Shown here one piece after another: positions 46,188-57,444 of a stretch of 64,000 nt of DNA. Location: positions 1 through 64,000 of the forward strand of contig LT635910.1 in NCBI GenBank assembly GCA_900128565.1, written 5' to 3'. Both the position numbers and the translations under genes were made by a program. A model generated the notes under the pieces. That model did not search any database. It was given only the letters and a program-made list of their open reading frames with translations, and was not told where the DNA came from. This DNA comes from Stramenopiles sp. TOSAG23-6. Taxonomy: Eukaryota. Numbering within the stretch: the stretch's first letter is position 1; every line of letters starts with the position of its first letter.

Positions 46188-46433
46188 CAGCAGGCAAATT
46201 ACCGGGTAACGACTAGCATCTGAGTGACACAAAAAAATTTCGAGAATGTATTGATAATGCNAAAAGTANTNGTANTTCNATATATTCCTTTTAAGGGCAT
46301 GTTGGGGGTAACATTTGTAGTTCACGATTTGAAGCACTACTTTGAAGTACCAATACTTTAAAAATTACAGCGTTTTCATTTTTTGAATTTTTTTCACTCA
46401 GATGCTAGTCTTTTCCCGGTAATTTGCCTGCTG
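46188..46433. mobile_element. MITE-like element, 246 bp, 40-bp terminal inverted repeats
   Basis: CAGCAGGCAAATTACCGGGTAACGACTAGCATCTGAGTGA matches the reverse complement of 46394-46433 with 2 mismatches. Confidence 0.8.
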
Positions 46434-46605
46434 TGCTGCAACGTGGCGGTGGCAAAAAAAAACGAGCACAACAACAACGAACGAAGAAGAAGCCTTTTTC
46501 TAGTACCCATCCCGAGTAAGGTACCAGGGACACCTTCTAATTTTTGAAGTAGATTTAAGATTCTCCTGTAATACAGGAAACAGCAATAGTGGAATTAATA
46601 AAACA

Positions 46606-47787
46606 ATGTCGTCAAACCAATCTAGCACAACGAGGAAAATGCCTACAAACGAACCGGTGTTTTCTTTACACTTGGTATTTTTGGTTTTAGGAGTCTGGAT
46701 TACTTTCTTATTTTTTGGTAAAGCTCAAGAGTCTTTGACGCGTACCGAATTCGGTGTGTATGGTGAGAGATTTCGTTTCATGACATTTCTTATCGTTGCA
46801 CAAAGCGTTGGTAATAGTTTCATTGCTGCTATCATTTTGTTATCAAGGTACGGCCGCAAAGTTCAGTTTGGTGCTGGAGTGAAAACGTCAGAATGGTTTA
46901 TTGTAGCACTTGGATATTTAGGTGCTCATAAATTTGGATTATGGTCGTTATTATACATACCATTTCCGCTTCAAGTTCTTGTAAAGTCTTGTAAAACTGT
47001 ACCAGTAATGTTTGGCGAAGTTCTTTTGGGTAAAGCAAAACTTTCACTAAAGAAAGTTGTTGGTGTTGTTTTAGTAACCGTAGGCATTGCAGTATTTATG
47101 TTATTTAAGTCTTCAACGAAGAAAGTTAAAGGTCAAGCAACTTTTGATTATTTTTCAGCAGATATGGCAAAAGGCTGTCTTCTTATTCTTGGTGCTCTAT
47201 TCTGTGATGGTTTGTATGGCCCTTATCAAAATAAAATAGTTGTGGACGCAACGTTGCGTGTAAAAAAAATGAAAAATACTTCGAGTAATGCAAAGCCTAA
47301 TGATGAATATATTATACCAAGTGCACATCATCTGATGTTTAATATGAATTTTTGGCAAGGTATCTTTGGATTTATTTTACTCTCTATTCAGTATTTAGGA
47401 ACGGGGAAACATGAAATTTTTGAAGTCAAAGAATTTATGATACGTAATCCAGATTGTATTAGTCCTCTAATTGTTTTCGTTTGTACAATGGCACTTGGTA
47501 ATCTATTTATTTACCAATTACAACGTGATTATGGTGCACTTGTTGTCACATTAACCACCACAATAAGGAAATTGTTTTCTGTATTACTATCTTCTTTACC
47601 AGTGGAAGGTATCTGCCACGTGGCACCTGTACCACTTTGTACATATATATCTGGATTTGGAAATTCCATCAATAGTATTCAATGGGTTGGTGTTGGTGTA
47701 GTATTTGGTTCCAAATTTGCAGCAGGTCCAATTGCATCAATTTTAAGTTCTGTGTTTTGTAGTAAATCAAAACAAAAAACAAGTTAA
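46606..47787 (+). CDS. SLC35B1: UAA-family nucleotide-sugar transporter (SLC35B1-like)
   Basis: Multi-TM protein; PLQVLVKSCKTVPVM, LFCDGLYGPYQ, TTTIRKLFSVLLS. Confidence 0.85.
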   Translation: MSSNQSSTTRKMPTNEPVFSLHLVFLVLGVWITFLFFGKAQESLTRTEFGVYGERFRFMTFLIVAQSVGNSFIAAIILLSRYGRKVQFGAGVKTSEWFIVALGYLGAHKFGLWSLLYIPFPLQVLVKSCKTVPVMFGEVLLGKAKLSLKKVVGVVLVTVGIAVFMLFKSSTKKVKGQATFDYFSADMAKGCLLILGALFCDGLYGPYQNKIVVDATLRVKKMKNTSSNAKPNDEYIIPSAHHLMFNMNFWQGIFGFILLSIQYLGTGKHEIFEVKEFMIRNPDCISPLIVFVCTMALGNLFIYQLQRDYGALVVTLTTTIRKLFSVLLSSLPVEGICHVAPVPLCTYISGFGNSINSIQWVGVGVVFGSKFAAGPIASILSSVFCSKSKQKTS

Positions 47788-48179
47788 AAAAATAAGAAAA
47801 TAAATCAGAATCTATGAAGTTTTCTGTTTGTTATTTATATTTGAAAAAATATCATTAGGATTTTGATGATTCTTCTTTAGAGGTTATGAAAAGGTAAAAA
47901 TATTTTCGATAATGACTTAATCAATATCCTTATGTAAAATATAAAATTAAAAGACTCATCAATTTTCTTTATTTTCTCTAATAATTTTTTTTCATGGATT
48001 TTTGTAACTTGTCCTCTAATAATTTTGTCACGAAATATTCCATTTTTTTTTGATTTCGAATTTCGATGATAATTTTATTTCCAATCATTCATTCAACGTC
48101 AGGTCAAAAAAGACAACTTTTGACATAAAGAAGAAACTTTTGGGAAGGAAGGTGTCTTCTCTTCAATTGAACGGAGATA

Positions 48180-50612
48180 ATGAATGGCGATCAGATTAGA
48201 TTGATACAAGTTCTTCATGAAGATCAGCATGCATGTTTTCGGATTTACCGCAATATTCCAGTTGATGAATTGGCCGTATTAATTTCTGCTGCGTTTCAGC
48301 TAAAGTTAGAGGAAACTGTTGTTGGACTCAAAGCGACTGAATGTATTTCACTTCAACTTGTTTCGCAATACCCTTCATTGTTGAATGCACCATATTATGA
48401 ATTATTGATAAACAAGAAAATGCGACAAAGTGTGCGTACAAAGGAAATGATGGAAGTTGGGTGGTTGCTTCTGAATTTTGTGGAAAATATGCTCCAAGAT
48501 GGTACTATTAATGTCTCTGAGGCTAAAGTATTGGCACATCTGTGTTCTGATGGCGAACCTGCTTTATACGAGGCATACATGTATTGTACTCCAAATCATA
48601 GTGATCTTACTCTTTCAAAAATGCTTCTTCGTATTTCAAAGTTATCTCAAGATGAACGATCTCTACTTTATCTTCGTCTTTGTCGTATTAAGCAATTAAC
48701 AAAACCGAATCAACTCGAAAAAGGTTTGTCCAAATTGGTTTGTTATTTATTGCTTTTAGGAATGTATAACATTGATGAGGAATTTAAAGAGTACGAAAAT
48801 CAATATTATGATTCTGATATATACCTTGTACATGTTTTACAGAACTTTCTATATCCTATTCTTCAAGAACTTGAAGCAGATACGATTCCCAGTGGAAGGT
48901 CAGAAAATACTTGCTCTACATCTACTTCTGTAGATACGTCTGATTTATATGGCTCATCTAGTTCATCATGTAATTCGAATACGTCTACAACGTCTAATCC
49001 AAGTAAACTAAGGGAATCTTTGTGCAATTCCGAGGATGAAAATATAAAATCTAGTACAATTAGTGACACATTTCTAAAAGAAGTGGCATTACTAGCAAAG
49101 AATGGCTCTATTACTGGATTTGATGCAGCGTGGTTACGAGGTCGTCGTATAGCTGGAGATGAAATTATTGATGGCACTATATTAAAGTATAAAGAAACAA
49201 AAAATCTGGTTCTTTTTCGTGAAAATTTAGTTCAAACGTCGATTCTTCTTCAAGATCTAAATGTTGAAATGAACTTGGATTTCCTTACTTTAATCCGTGA
49301 TCTTGAAAAGTTTTTGTCAAATTATAATAAAACTAAGTTGCACCGTCTAATAGCAAATGAAAACGAATTAATTTTATCGGCGTATGAAGTATTTGCTGTA
49401 ACTTTAGATGAAAAAGAATTGTATGAAACATTGTTAATGGTATTACGTGTAAATGAAACGGATTCTATTCTAAGTGAAGAATTGAGTGGTACAAAAAATG
49501 TTTCACAAACGGATGAATGTAATGTAACAAATACGAAAAATACAAAAGATTGGAATATATCTAGAGGTGTTGAATTTGGTTATGGAATTGTTGTGAGTGA
49601 AGATGATGATGATGATGAAAATGCAGGTAGTGGGGAATTTGGTCATGGAATTCTTGTGAGTGAAGATGATGATGAAAATACAGTAAATATGAATGATAAT
49701 AAATCAATAGATCAGAATTATAGTGCAATTGGTAGACTTGCTGGTACAATTGCTTCATTTGTAGCTTGTAACAAAATCGATCAAAACGTGTCGAATTTTA
49801 TTATCAATTTAGTCTTAGTTGGCGATCCTACACTTCTATCTATATTCGAAGTATATGAAAGTTCAGGTGATGAAGAAGACTTTATAGACTCAATTCTTCG
49901 AATATACAATACAGAAAATGATAATACAGAAAATACTATTATTTCAGATGAATCAAAATCAATTTTCCTTGCGGCTGCCGTTATCAATGAAATGTTAGAA
50001 AATAGCTTGTTGAATGGAAATGAACATACTATGTTACTAAAATTATTGAAATCTAAAAATGATTATTTTATGGCGGCCGTTGATGTATATACTGTAGATG
50101 GAAATCGGGATGATTTTATTGATTCTCTTTTACGCATTGTACAACGTGCAGTGAGCGGAAATAATCCCTTTTCTACTGATTCTGTAGAAAATGATGTTGT
50201 AGATGACTTTTATGACAAGAAGCTTGAAATCGATGATGTTGATGTTGATAATTTTGTTAATTTTGATGATACAGATGATGTTGATGTTGATGATATTGAA
50301 GATGTTGCCATTGATGAAATTGATGTTGAGGATGTTGCCATTGATGTAATTGATGATAATAATATTGATGTTGAAGATGTTGATATTGATGATAATAATA
50401 TTGACGTTGAAGATGTTGATATTGTGAATGATATTGATAATAATAATACTGCAAAGAGTAACACATCAAAAGTTCTTGATCAGTCATTATGGACTAAGGA
50501 ATCTTGTCCTGTAACTGGTCGTACTTATTATTACAATTCAGTGACAGAAGAAAGCAGATATAACGTACCTACTAATGAAGTATCATGCAAGAAGATAGCA
50601 GTTTCCCCCTAG
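48180..50612 (+). CDS. Hypothetical protein with helical repeats, Asp-rich tract and C-terminal WW domain
   Basis: WTKESCPVTGRTYYYNSVTEESRYNVP; repeated A/I-x-EVY...D..DFIDSL units. Confidence 0.8.
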   Translation: MNGDQIRLIQVLHEDQHACFRIYRNIPVDELAVLISAAFQLKLEETVVGLKATECISLQLVSQYPSLLNAPYYELLINKKMRQSVRTKEMMEVGWLLLNFVENMLQDGTINVSEAKVLAHLCSDGEPALYEAYMYCTPNHSDLTLSKMLLRISKLSQDERSLLYLRLCRIKQLTKPNQLEKGLSKLVCYLLLLGMYNIDEEFKEYENQYYDSDIYLVHVLQNFLYPILQELEADTIPSGRSENTCSTSTSVDTSDLYGSSSSSCNSNTSTTSNPSKLRESLCNSEDENIKSSTISDTFLKEVALLAKNGSITGFDAAWLRGRRIAGDEIIDGTILKYKETKNLVLFRENLVQTSILLQDLNVEMNLDFLTLIRDLEKFLSNYNKTKLHRLIANENELILSAYEVFAVTLDEKELYETLLMVLRVNETDSILSEELSGTKNVSQTDECNVTNTKNTKDWNISRGVEFGYGIVVSEDDDDDENAGSGEFGHGILVSEDDDENTVNMNDNKSIDQNYSAIGRLAGTIASFVACNKIDQNVSNFIINLVLVGDPTLLSIFEVYESSGDEEDFIDSILRIYNTENDNTENTIISDESKSIFLAAAVINEMLENSLLNGNEHTMLLKLLKSKNDYFMAAVDVYTVDGNRDDFIDSLLRIVQRAVSGNNPFSTDSVENDVVDDFYDKKLEIDDVDVDNFVNFDDTDDVDVDDIEDVAIDEIDVEDVAIDVIDDNNIDVEDVDIDDNNIDVEDVDIVNDIDNNNTAKSNTSKVLDQSLWTKESCPVTGRTYYYNSVTEESRYNVPTNEVSCKKIAVSP

Positions 50613-50944
50613 CTAGCTCTTTCGGTATCAATTTTATTTGCTTTGAGTGCTGCGATATCAATGATTTAAAACATGTAAAGTTTCGTACAAAGAAAATAAA
50701 TCGAGATTAATATCACAATGCAATCGTGAGGGTCGGTTGTATTTGGAAGATTTGGTACCATGTGTTTACATGTGCTAAATTATTCTCTTTCATCGCTAAA
50801 ATAAAGAAATATTTTTTCCCTGAAATATTTGATAAAAAGTATATGAACTTCATATAGGCATACTATTCTAAATTGGTGTATTATTATATTCATGATAAAA
50901 CAAACTAACACAATAATAATAAGAAAAACATAGATTGAATTCAT

Positions 50945-53128
50945 TTATGTATGATCATCAACTGCAAAACCAACTTCAACAAATCTACAATTAATTATAA
51001 CAGTTGATGACAATGGACAATTTTCATTATGTTGTGAAAAATGCTTCGCATGCTTTCTTTCAATGCATTTACTAGTAGTACTAACCGAAGATGGCCAACG
51101 AAGATCTCCTTCAATAGCACCACCATCACGAAAATCACACGGCCAATAATAAGATGAAGATTTTCGATTTTCCAATGCTCCCATGGCTTTCAACGCAGCA
51201 GCAACAAGTTCTGAGCAAAAAAAATTTTCAAGTGCGGGTGTTTTACTTTTACGTTTTTTATTCCCTTCAATATCATCATCATCCCCATCAACGCTGATTT
51301 CTATGTCACTATCTTCAGAACATTCTATTAATGGATCAGGTGCCCGACGTAGTAACTTAGCAGGTGTTAGACTGTATGGTTTTCCATTTGCATTTTTTGA
51401 GAATTCTCTCAATCTTTGTTTCGACTCAAACGAAAATTTGCGTTTAAAATGTCTAATTGCAATTCTTTCTGCAAATTCCTTTGCATATGCTTGAATACGA
51501 GAAACAAGAGGGAAACAAGTTACACCATCCCCTGAAGCTTCTAATAGCCACAGTCGTGAAGAATCGAATAATAAAGTCACTACACCAACATGATCCCATT
51601 CTGATCGCGTTGCTCCTCTTTGCAACCAATTGAGTGTAGATTTTGTACGAAATAGGATTATATCTCCAGGAGCTGCCATCTTTGTAAGTTTTGAAATGTG
51701 GATAATATTACGTTTCTTATATTGATCTTCTCTTGTAGTGGACAACATACCCATAAAACTAAGAAATTTTGGTACAGACTGAGGCCATTTCATTGAAATT
51801 AATACATTTAACATATTCTCTAATGCTTCACTACGATGCTTTATAAAATCATCAGCAAGATTACGTTTGCCATACGTTTTAGGTGGGAGACTTGGTAATA
51901 TCTTTTTGGTAGCATCTACAGAGGTAATAACAAGTTTACCACTTGGTGATTTGGCAAATATTTTAATAGCTCGAAGTAATTGAATAAAGTCACTATATCG
52001 ATGAGTGACTGACCATTGAAGAGCACCAGAATAACATTTGAAATTATAAGCTATATATGTTTTTGAATTCATATCTTCTACCTTGTTCCAGCCGACTAAT
52101 GTACAACGCAATTGATTACTTTCAATATCATGACGTTGTATTCTGATCATTGGTATTTTGTTTGAATGACTCTCCAAACATGAAAGTGGTTGGTCTAGTT
52201 GTGATGCAGTTAATAATTTTTCAGATTCCCAATCAAAAATAGAAAAAGAATTATTACCTTCTGCAATAATATCTTGCATAATTTGTAAATTTGTCTTTTC
52301 ACGATGTAAACTATTCGATTCGTATACTATTTTTGTTAATTGCAAAAAGTTACTTGAAATAGTTGACTTGAAGAATTCTAAATCTGTCGTGTTATCTGTA
52401 TTTTTTTGAAGTTTTTTGAATTCTAAATCTGTCGTGTCATCTGTAGTTTTTTTGCATTTTTCAGATGATTTAAATTTCAACCATTGAAATATTGCATTTT
52501 TTGCATTTGATATAGTCAAGATATTTTCATTATTAATAATATTACTAGATCCTGTATTGTCAGGAGGTTTTAAATAAAATGTTAAAGTTCCAAGATTTCC
52601 TGGTAATTTTGCTTTTAAAATAGCATTATCTAAGCCACAGTCCTTGAGGTTTTGTCGTTGAATACCAAGAGAATTTACTGTAGCAATTGAATTCGCACAT
52701 TTCACTTGAATCGCATGCTTTAATTGAGAAACCCAAGCTTCTTGATTGATTTCTGTTTCAGCAGCGAAAACAACTTCCTTTTGTGCACTTTCAATATTTT
52801 TACTATTATTATCCATATCTGTTGCTAATGATATTTCAAACATAAACTTATTCTGCAGCAACAGATCAAGATCTTTCTTCTTTCTGACAGTACACCCACT
52901 ACTAATAATAAACCTTTGTAACTCCATTGTGGAGTCTCTATCTTCCGAGTAACAGACTAAAGCATGTGTATTTCTACCGGCCTGATGGAATGTTTGAAGG
53001 TCACAGTGAAATTTTACCCACTGTTTGGTTGCGGTACCACAGTCCAGCATATATAAAGTCCCATTTACTAAGGATTGAGATTCTTCTTTGAAATTACTAG
53101 AATCACTGAATTGAATAGACTCACTCAT
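50945..53128 (-). CDS. PH plus PX plus permuted papain-like (YiiX/C92) domain protein
   Basis: VFAAETEINQEAWV (PH); HRYSDF...LPSLPPK (PX); PGDIILF, WDHVG, FFCSELVA (permuted His-Cys). Confidence 0.85.
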   Translation of the reverse strand: MSESIQFSDSSNFKEESQSLVNGTLYMLDCGTATKQWVKFHCDLQTFHQAGRNTHALVCYSEDRDSTMELQRFIISSGCTVRKKKDLDLLLQNKFMFEISLATDMDNNSKNIESAQKEVVFAAETEINQEAWVSQLKHAIQVKCANSIATVNSLGIQRQNLKDCGLDNAILKAKLPGNLGTLTFYLKPPDNTGSSNIINNENILTISNAKNAIFQWLKFKSSEKCKKTTDDTTDLEFKKLQKNTDNTTDLEFFKSTISSNFLQLTKIVYESNSLHREKTNLQIMQDIIAEGNNSFSIFDWESEKLLTASQLDQPLSCLESHSNKIPMIRIQRHDIESNQLRCTLVGWNKVEDMNSKTYIAYNFKCYSGALQWSVTHRYSDFIQLLRAIKIFAKSPSGKLVITSVDATKKILPSLPPKTYGKRNLADDFIKHRSEALENMLNVLISMKWPQSVPKFLSFMGMLSTTREDQYKKRNIIHISKLTKMAAPGDIILFRTKSTLNWLQRGATRSEWDHVGVVTLLFDSSRLWLLEASGDGVTCFPLVSRIQAYAKEFAERIAIRHFKRKFSFESKQRLREFSKNANGKPYSLTPAKLLRRAPDPLIECSEDSDIEISVDGDDDDIEGNKKRKSKTPALENFFCSELVAAALKAMGALENRKSSSYYWPCDFRDGGAIEGDLRWPSSVSTTSKCIERKHAKHFSQHNENCPLSSTVIINCRFVEVGFAVDDHT

Positions 53129-53412
53129 GTTTTTTTATATTTTTTGTTGTCCAACTTCAACAGTCTTTTTTTCGCTGCAAATTGTGCAATAAGAAAAACA
53201 ACAAGTGATCTTATCGCATCTTGGCTTTTATGATCGATGTTGATCGCGAGTCAACGTAAGTCAAGTCAGATTTTTCAATTTTTGAGATTTCGTGTCGGTC
53301 ATAAGAATTCTTCGATTCTTCGATTCGATTCTTCTTCAATCAGAAGAAAAAGAAGAAGAATCAGAAAGCTAAAGAAGAGTGACCGGCTCATTGAATACGT
53401 ATTCTAATTACA

Positions 53413-54084
53413 ATGCCGGCATTAACCTTTATTGCACGTGTAACAGATGGATTATTACTAGTTGCATCAACTGAGCATGCTGGTCAAGGGAATGACCTTG
53501 AAGCACTAAAGAAACAGGCAAAAGTGGTTTTAAAGCAACTTTCGACAATGTCACCACAGCGTATGAGCATTGAGACAGGTTCTTATTACTTTCACTATAG
53601 TATTGCCGATGGTATATGTACATTAACCATGACAGAGCGGCATTATCCAAAACAGCTTGCATTTTCGTATTTACATGAGTTGCATCAAAAGTTCATGTCT
53701 GAATTGAAAAGAGAGTATGGTGATAGGTGGCGAACAACCATAGCAACTGTTGGACGACCATATCAGTTCATTAAGTTTGATCGACACATTCGGAAGTTAC
53801 GTAAAGAGTATCTTGATCCGAAGTCTAGCAAAAATATGGAGAAATTAGGAAGTGAATTACAAGATATTCATAGCATCATGAAGAAAAATATTCAAGACGT
53901 TTTGAGTCGAGGAGATAAACTGGATGATATTAGTCGTCAATCTATGCGCCTTCGTGAGCAAGCAAAAGATTTTAAGTGGGGTGCAAAGAAGCTAAATTAT
54001 CATGAATTTTTAAGGAAATGGGGACCTGTAATATTAATTGGTTTCTTCATTTTTATAGTTTTTTACTACAAATTTATTTACTGA
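53413..54084 (+). CDS. SEC22: Longin R-SNARE SEC22
   Basis: IARVTDGLLL, RPYQFIKFD, NIQDVLSRGDKLD and a C-terminal TM segment. Confidence 0.95.
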   Translation: MPALTFIARVTDGLLLVASTEHAGQGNDLEALKKQAKVVLKQLSTMSPQRMSIETGSYYFHYSIADGICTLTMTERHYPKQLAFSYLHELHQKFMSELKREYGDRWRTTIATVGRPYQFIKFDRHIRKLRKEYLDPKSSKNMEKLGSELQDIHSIMKKNIQDVLSRGDKLDDISRQSMRLREQAKDFKWGAKKLNYHEFLRKWGPVILIGFFIFIVFYYKFIY

Positions 54085-54284
54085 GTATATGAGTATGCTG
54101 TTACTGGTTCCAAACAGTTAGTTTTAAAAAAATAAANTGATTTTTTTCTTTTGTTTAAAAAAATAAATAGATTTTTTTTCTTTGGTTCAATCAACGCGAC
54201 ATGTTTGTTGTCTATGATGAATATCGCATCATAGTATATACTTCATATATTGTATGCAAAAGACTTAGTAGTATATCAAAGGTA

Positions 54285-54893
54285 TCAACTTTTCACCTTT
54301 TGACGTTGTCTTTTCAATTGCAACTTCCTTATAAGCTCATCTGTAGCGGCAAGAGTGGCATAACACTCTCTAGGAGGTGGTGCAATATTCACATTTAGCA
54401 TAGCTAATCGCACTGCTTCAGCAGCGGCATCAGACATGGATATACCTCTTCTAACTGAGTTACTTTCACACTTTATATCTTTTTGTGTATTATTGAAGGT
54501 AGACGAAGCATCGTGGAGCTTTTCTCCGATATTTTCATACCCATTGTTTTTTGCTACTTCTTCGCTAGAGATACCACCATCATCTTTTTTAAGACGAGTT
54601 ATGAAAGATTCATCTCCTTCGACTTTATAGCTTATGTTCCGTTTCATATTTAAAACGCTGGCATAGTCAGCTTCTAGCATCTCTAATTGTCTATCAGCAA
54701 TACTCACTTTCTGAGTATCGTCTTCCTCTTGACCTTCACAAGTATTAGCTGATTCATACTGCACATCATCTATTTGGGAATATCCCTGCATATACACATT
54801 TCCACTGATGAAATCACCATAACTATCCTCCAAATCTGTCGGTGGGGGGTCCTTACTACTTATTTCTTCCTTTGTTGGTCTATAACCTGGCAT
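54285..54893 (-). CDS. Hypothetical acidic protein, possibly MEA1-like
   Basis: ORF from ATG 54893. ISMSDAAAEAVRLAMLNVNIAPPP recalls the MEA1 C-terminal motif. Confidence 0.6.
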   Translation of the reverse strand: MPGYRPTKEEISSKDPPPTDLEDSYGDFISGNVYMQGYSQIDDVQYESANTCEGQEEDDTQKVSIADRQLEMLEADYASVLNMKRNISYKVEGDESFITRLKKDDGGISSEEVAKNNGYENIGEKLHDASSTFNNTQKDIKCESNSVRRGISMSDAAAEAVRLAMLNVNIAPPPRECYATLAATDELIRKLQLKRQRQKVKS

Positions 54894-55332
54894 CTTGAAA
54901 GATTGGGCCAACAAGAAAGACTATAAAAATCTCAAATTGTAAAGATGTGTTTAGCACTTATAGTGAGCTAATCAGCATGATCATGGACGACGATGTTACC
55001 GAGTTGATGGAATAATCTTATTCTAGAGTTTGTATTTATATATTAGAACCCTATATATTATAATTCCTGATGATTCTCTTCTCTCCCTTTTTTCCATAGT
55101 AATTTTATTCCCGAACTCAACTCGAACTCGCGCTAGCCTAGGGTTAGGGTTTGCACGACTTGCGCATCAATATTGAATACACACCGACCGGGGTGTAATT
55201 CTTAGACATATTTACTTAGATTAGATAGCTACTCGATTATATTATTATTACGTGCGTGAAATACAAGACATATACCTGCATTATCTATAGCTGTACAGTA
55301 TATTCTACATTCAGCGGTGAGAAGTTGAAATA

Positions 55333-57312
55333 ATGGAAGGTGGATATGACCAGTTTAATGATGATACATTTGGCTTGGCGGATAATCTTGATGCTGACGG
55401 TGGGGAATTTATGTTCGGCAAAGCTTTACCTCGTGAAGAAGATATACGAAATGGGCTTCTTCCTGCTGTATCTTCGAAGGAAGAAGATCCTTGGGCTGCT
55501 GGTCCTGGTGCCACTGATAATCTCCCCTCATTTTTTGGTGGGGAGTCAACTGCAAGTGATCAGCAAAATAAAATAAATAGAACATCATCAATCAACGAGT
55601 CGGAAAACTCAACGAAATTTCTACCTGGAATGATGTCTTTGAAGGACCTAGAAAATTCTTTGGCTGGTGGACTTGCTCTTGATGTCTTGAGTGATGTCCC
55701 AGAGAAGCAGCAACAAACGCAACATTTACCTCAAACACAACAGCGAATGAATATACCTCCACAATTTGCTCAACATATCGCTGCTGGTTGGAGACCAGGT
55801 ATGCCTTTACCGCGTGGTTTCCCTACTATTACTCCTATGTCGATGACGGGGAATCAGATACCTCGAGGTGTTCCACCAGAAATGATGATGGGAGGTTTCC
55901 CTCAAATGATTCCAAACAACAATCGTGGATTGCCTTTAGTTCCTCCTCGTGGACAGAATTTGGTTAGAAACCCAGCAATAGTACCTCCAGTGTCTTCAAG
56001 ACCGCCTCCACCTAAAAGAATGCGTTGGAGGGATGTTGATTTTGTCGTTCGACAACAAATGAAAGCGTTACGCAACTTATCATATGATGATGATTACTAT
56101 TTTCACGCACTGTGTGAAAAAAGAAATGCTGCAGCTGGATTGAATAACTTGAGTCGTTTTTCCGGTGCTCGCGGGACTGGTCAGATTCGGCCTAGTTTGT
56201 GGGCTGAAAAGACAGAAGAGCGCTGTAAAGCATGGGCTGATACAAAGAAAACACTTGGATATACTGCTAAGACTAATTTACGTGCACCTCGTCAATTAAT
56301 CAATTTAAGTTCAATCAAAAGTTCATCTTCAGCTAAGACTGACGAAGTTGAAAATATTGTTGATCCTGATGAAGCTGTAGGAACAAAGGACATACATGAA
56401 TCTTATAGAGCTTTACAACAACCGAAGTGGCGAGCTTTAGCTTCTATTGAGAGTGGAATCTCTGCATGTCTCAAGTTGGAAGCAGAAGTTCGTCGTATGC
56501 AAGCTAATGTACAAGATCGTGAGGGAAATAGAAATAATCGTTCGTCGAAAACATCAAAGCAAAAAATGAAAATACTTCGAAGTGACTTAGCAGATGTATG
56601 GTGCTTACAATGGAAACCTAATAAGAATAGATCTACTTTAGTAAGTGAAAGAGAAGAGGAATGGAAAGGGTTAAAATTGCTGAAGACTCTAAAAGGTAAA
56701 AAACTTCTTGTGCGAACACTTCAACCTGATATTCTTAACAGACAACAAAGGAATGCTCTTTTGGCAATGTCTGCTCAATATTTGGTTCATTTCGTATACT
56801 CAACTGGTGTTGATGATAGAGATGCTGAAGAATCTGAAAAACTCAATGAAAAAGTAACACAGACATTGGTAGATACTTTTGCTTTACCAAGTGTATCTTT
56901 ATCGTGTTTGACAAAATGTCTTTCCTTGCTTACACAATCTCAAACATTGGAAATGATTCCTTATTTACTTCAATTTAAAGCTAGTGCTGATGTGGTGCGA
57001 GTTCTGCTTGTACAAGGTGAAGCTGCTGCTGATGCGTCTAATAGCTCTTCATTATACAATGAAGAAGCAGAAGATAGTGAAGATGATAGTTCTGTGGATA
57101 AATCTCGAAAGAATCCGAATTGGCGGGAGAGAAATGGAAGTGACTTGGCTGATTCTAAAACTTCAAAAGATAATAATCAAAGTGCGGACAAATCTCAGAA
57201 TCCTGACAAAAGAGCTGTTGCCCGAGCCCGTACGGTTCAGGAGTGGCATACTGCATTAGACAGTCTTAAAGCAAAGATTGCGGCTGGAACTGCTGCAGCT
57301 GGTGCTGAATAA
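55333..57312 (+). CDS. PAT1: PAT1 mRNA decapping activator homolog
   Basis: DQFNDDTFG, Pro-rich region, MRWRDVDFVVRQQ...DDDYYF, RAPRQLI, KGKKLLVR. Confidence 0.85.
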   Translation: MEGGYDQFNDDTFGLADNLDADGGEFMFGKALPREEDIRNGLLPAVSSKEEDPWAAGPGATDNLPSFFGGESTASDQQNKINRTSSINESENSTKFLPGMMSLKDLENSLAGGLALDVLSDVPEKQQQTQHLPQTQQRMNIPPQFAQHIAAGWRPGMPLPRGFPTITPMSMTGNQIPRGVPPEMMMGGFPQMIPNNNRGLPLVPPRGQNLVRNPAIVPPVSSRPPPPKRMRWRDVDFVVRQQMKALRNLSYDDDYYFHALCEKRNAAAGLNNLSRFSGARGTGQIRPSLWAEKTEERCKAWADTKKTLGYTAKTNLRAPRQLINLSSIKSSSSAKTDEVENIVDPDEAVGTKDIHESYRALQQPKWRALASIESGISACLKLEAEVRRMQANVQDREGNRNNRSSKTSKQKMKILRSDLADVWCLQWKPNKNRSTLVSEREEEWKGLKLLKTLKGKKLLVRTLQPDILNRQQRNALLAMSAQYLVHFVYSTGVDDRDAEESEKLNEKVTQTLVDTFALPSVSLSCLTKCLSLLTQSQTLEMIPYLLQFKASADVVRVLLVQGEAAADASNSSSLYNEEAEDSEDDSSVDKSRKNPNWRERNGSDLADSKTSKDNNQSADKSQNPDKRAVARARTVQEWHTALDSLKAKIAAGTAAAGAE

Positions 57313-57444
57313 GCATATGTTACCTTATATTCCATCAATAGTATATTTTACGTGATGATAAATGGAGTAGAGAAACAAAGCAATAAAGCTAATGCATTTT
57401 TAATGAAATAATTTTGTATTAAATAAAACAAACCACCACTTGTG

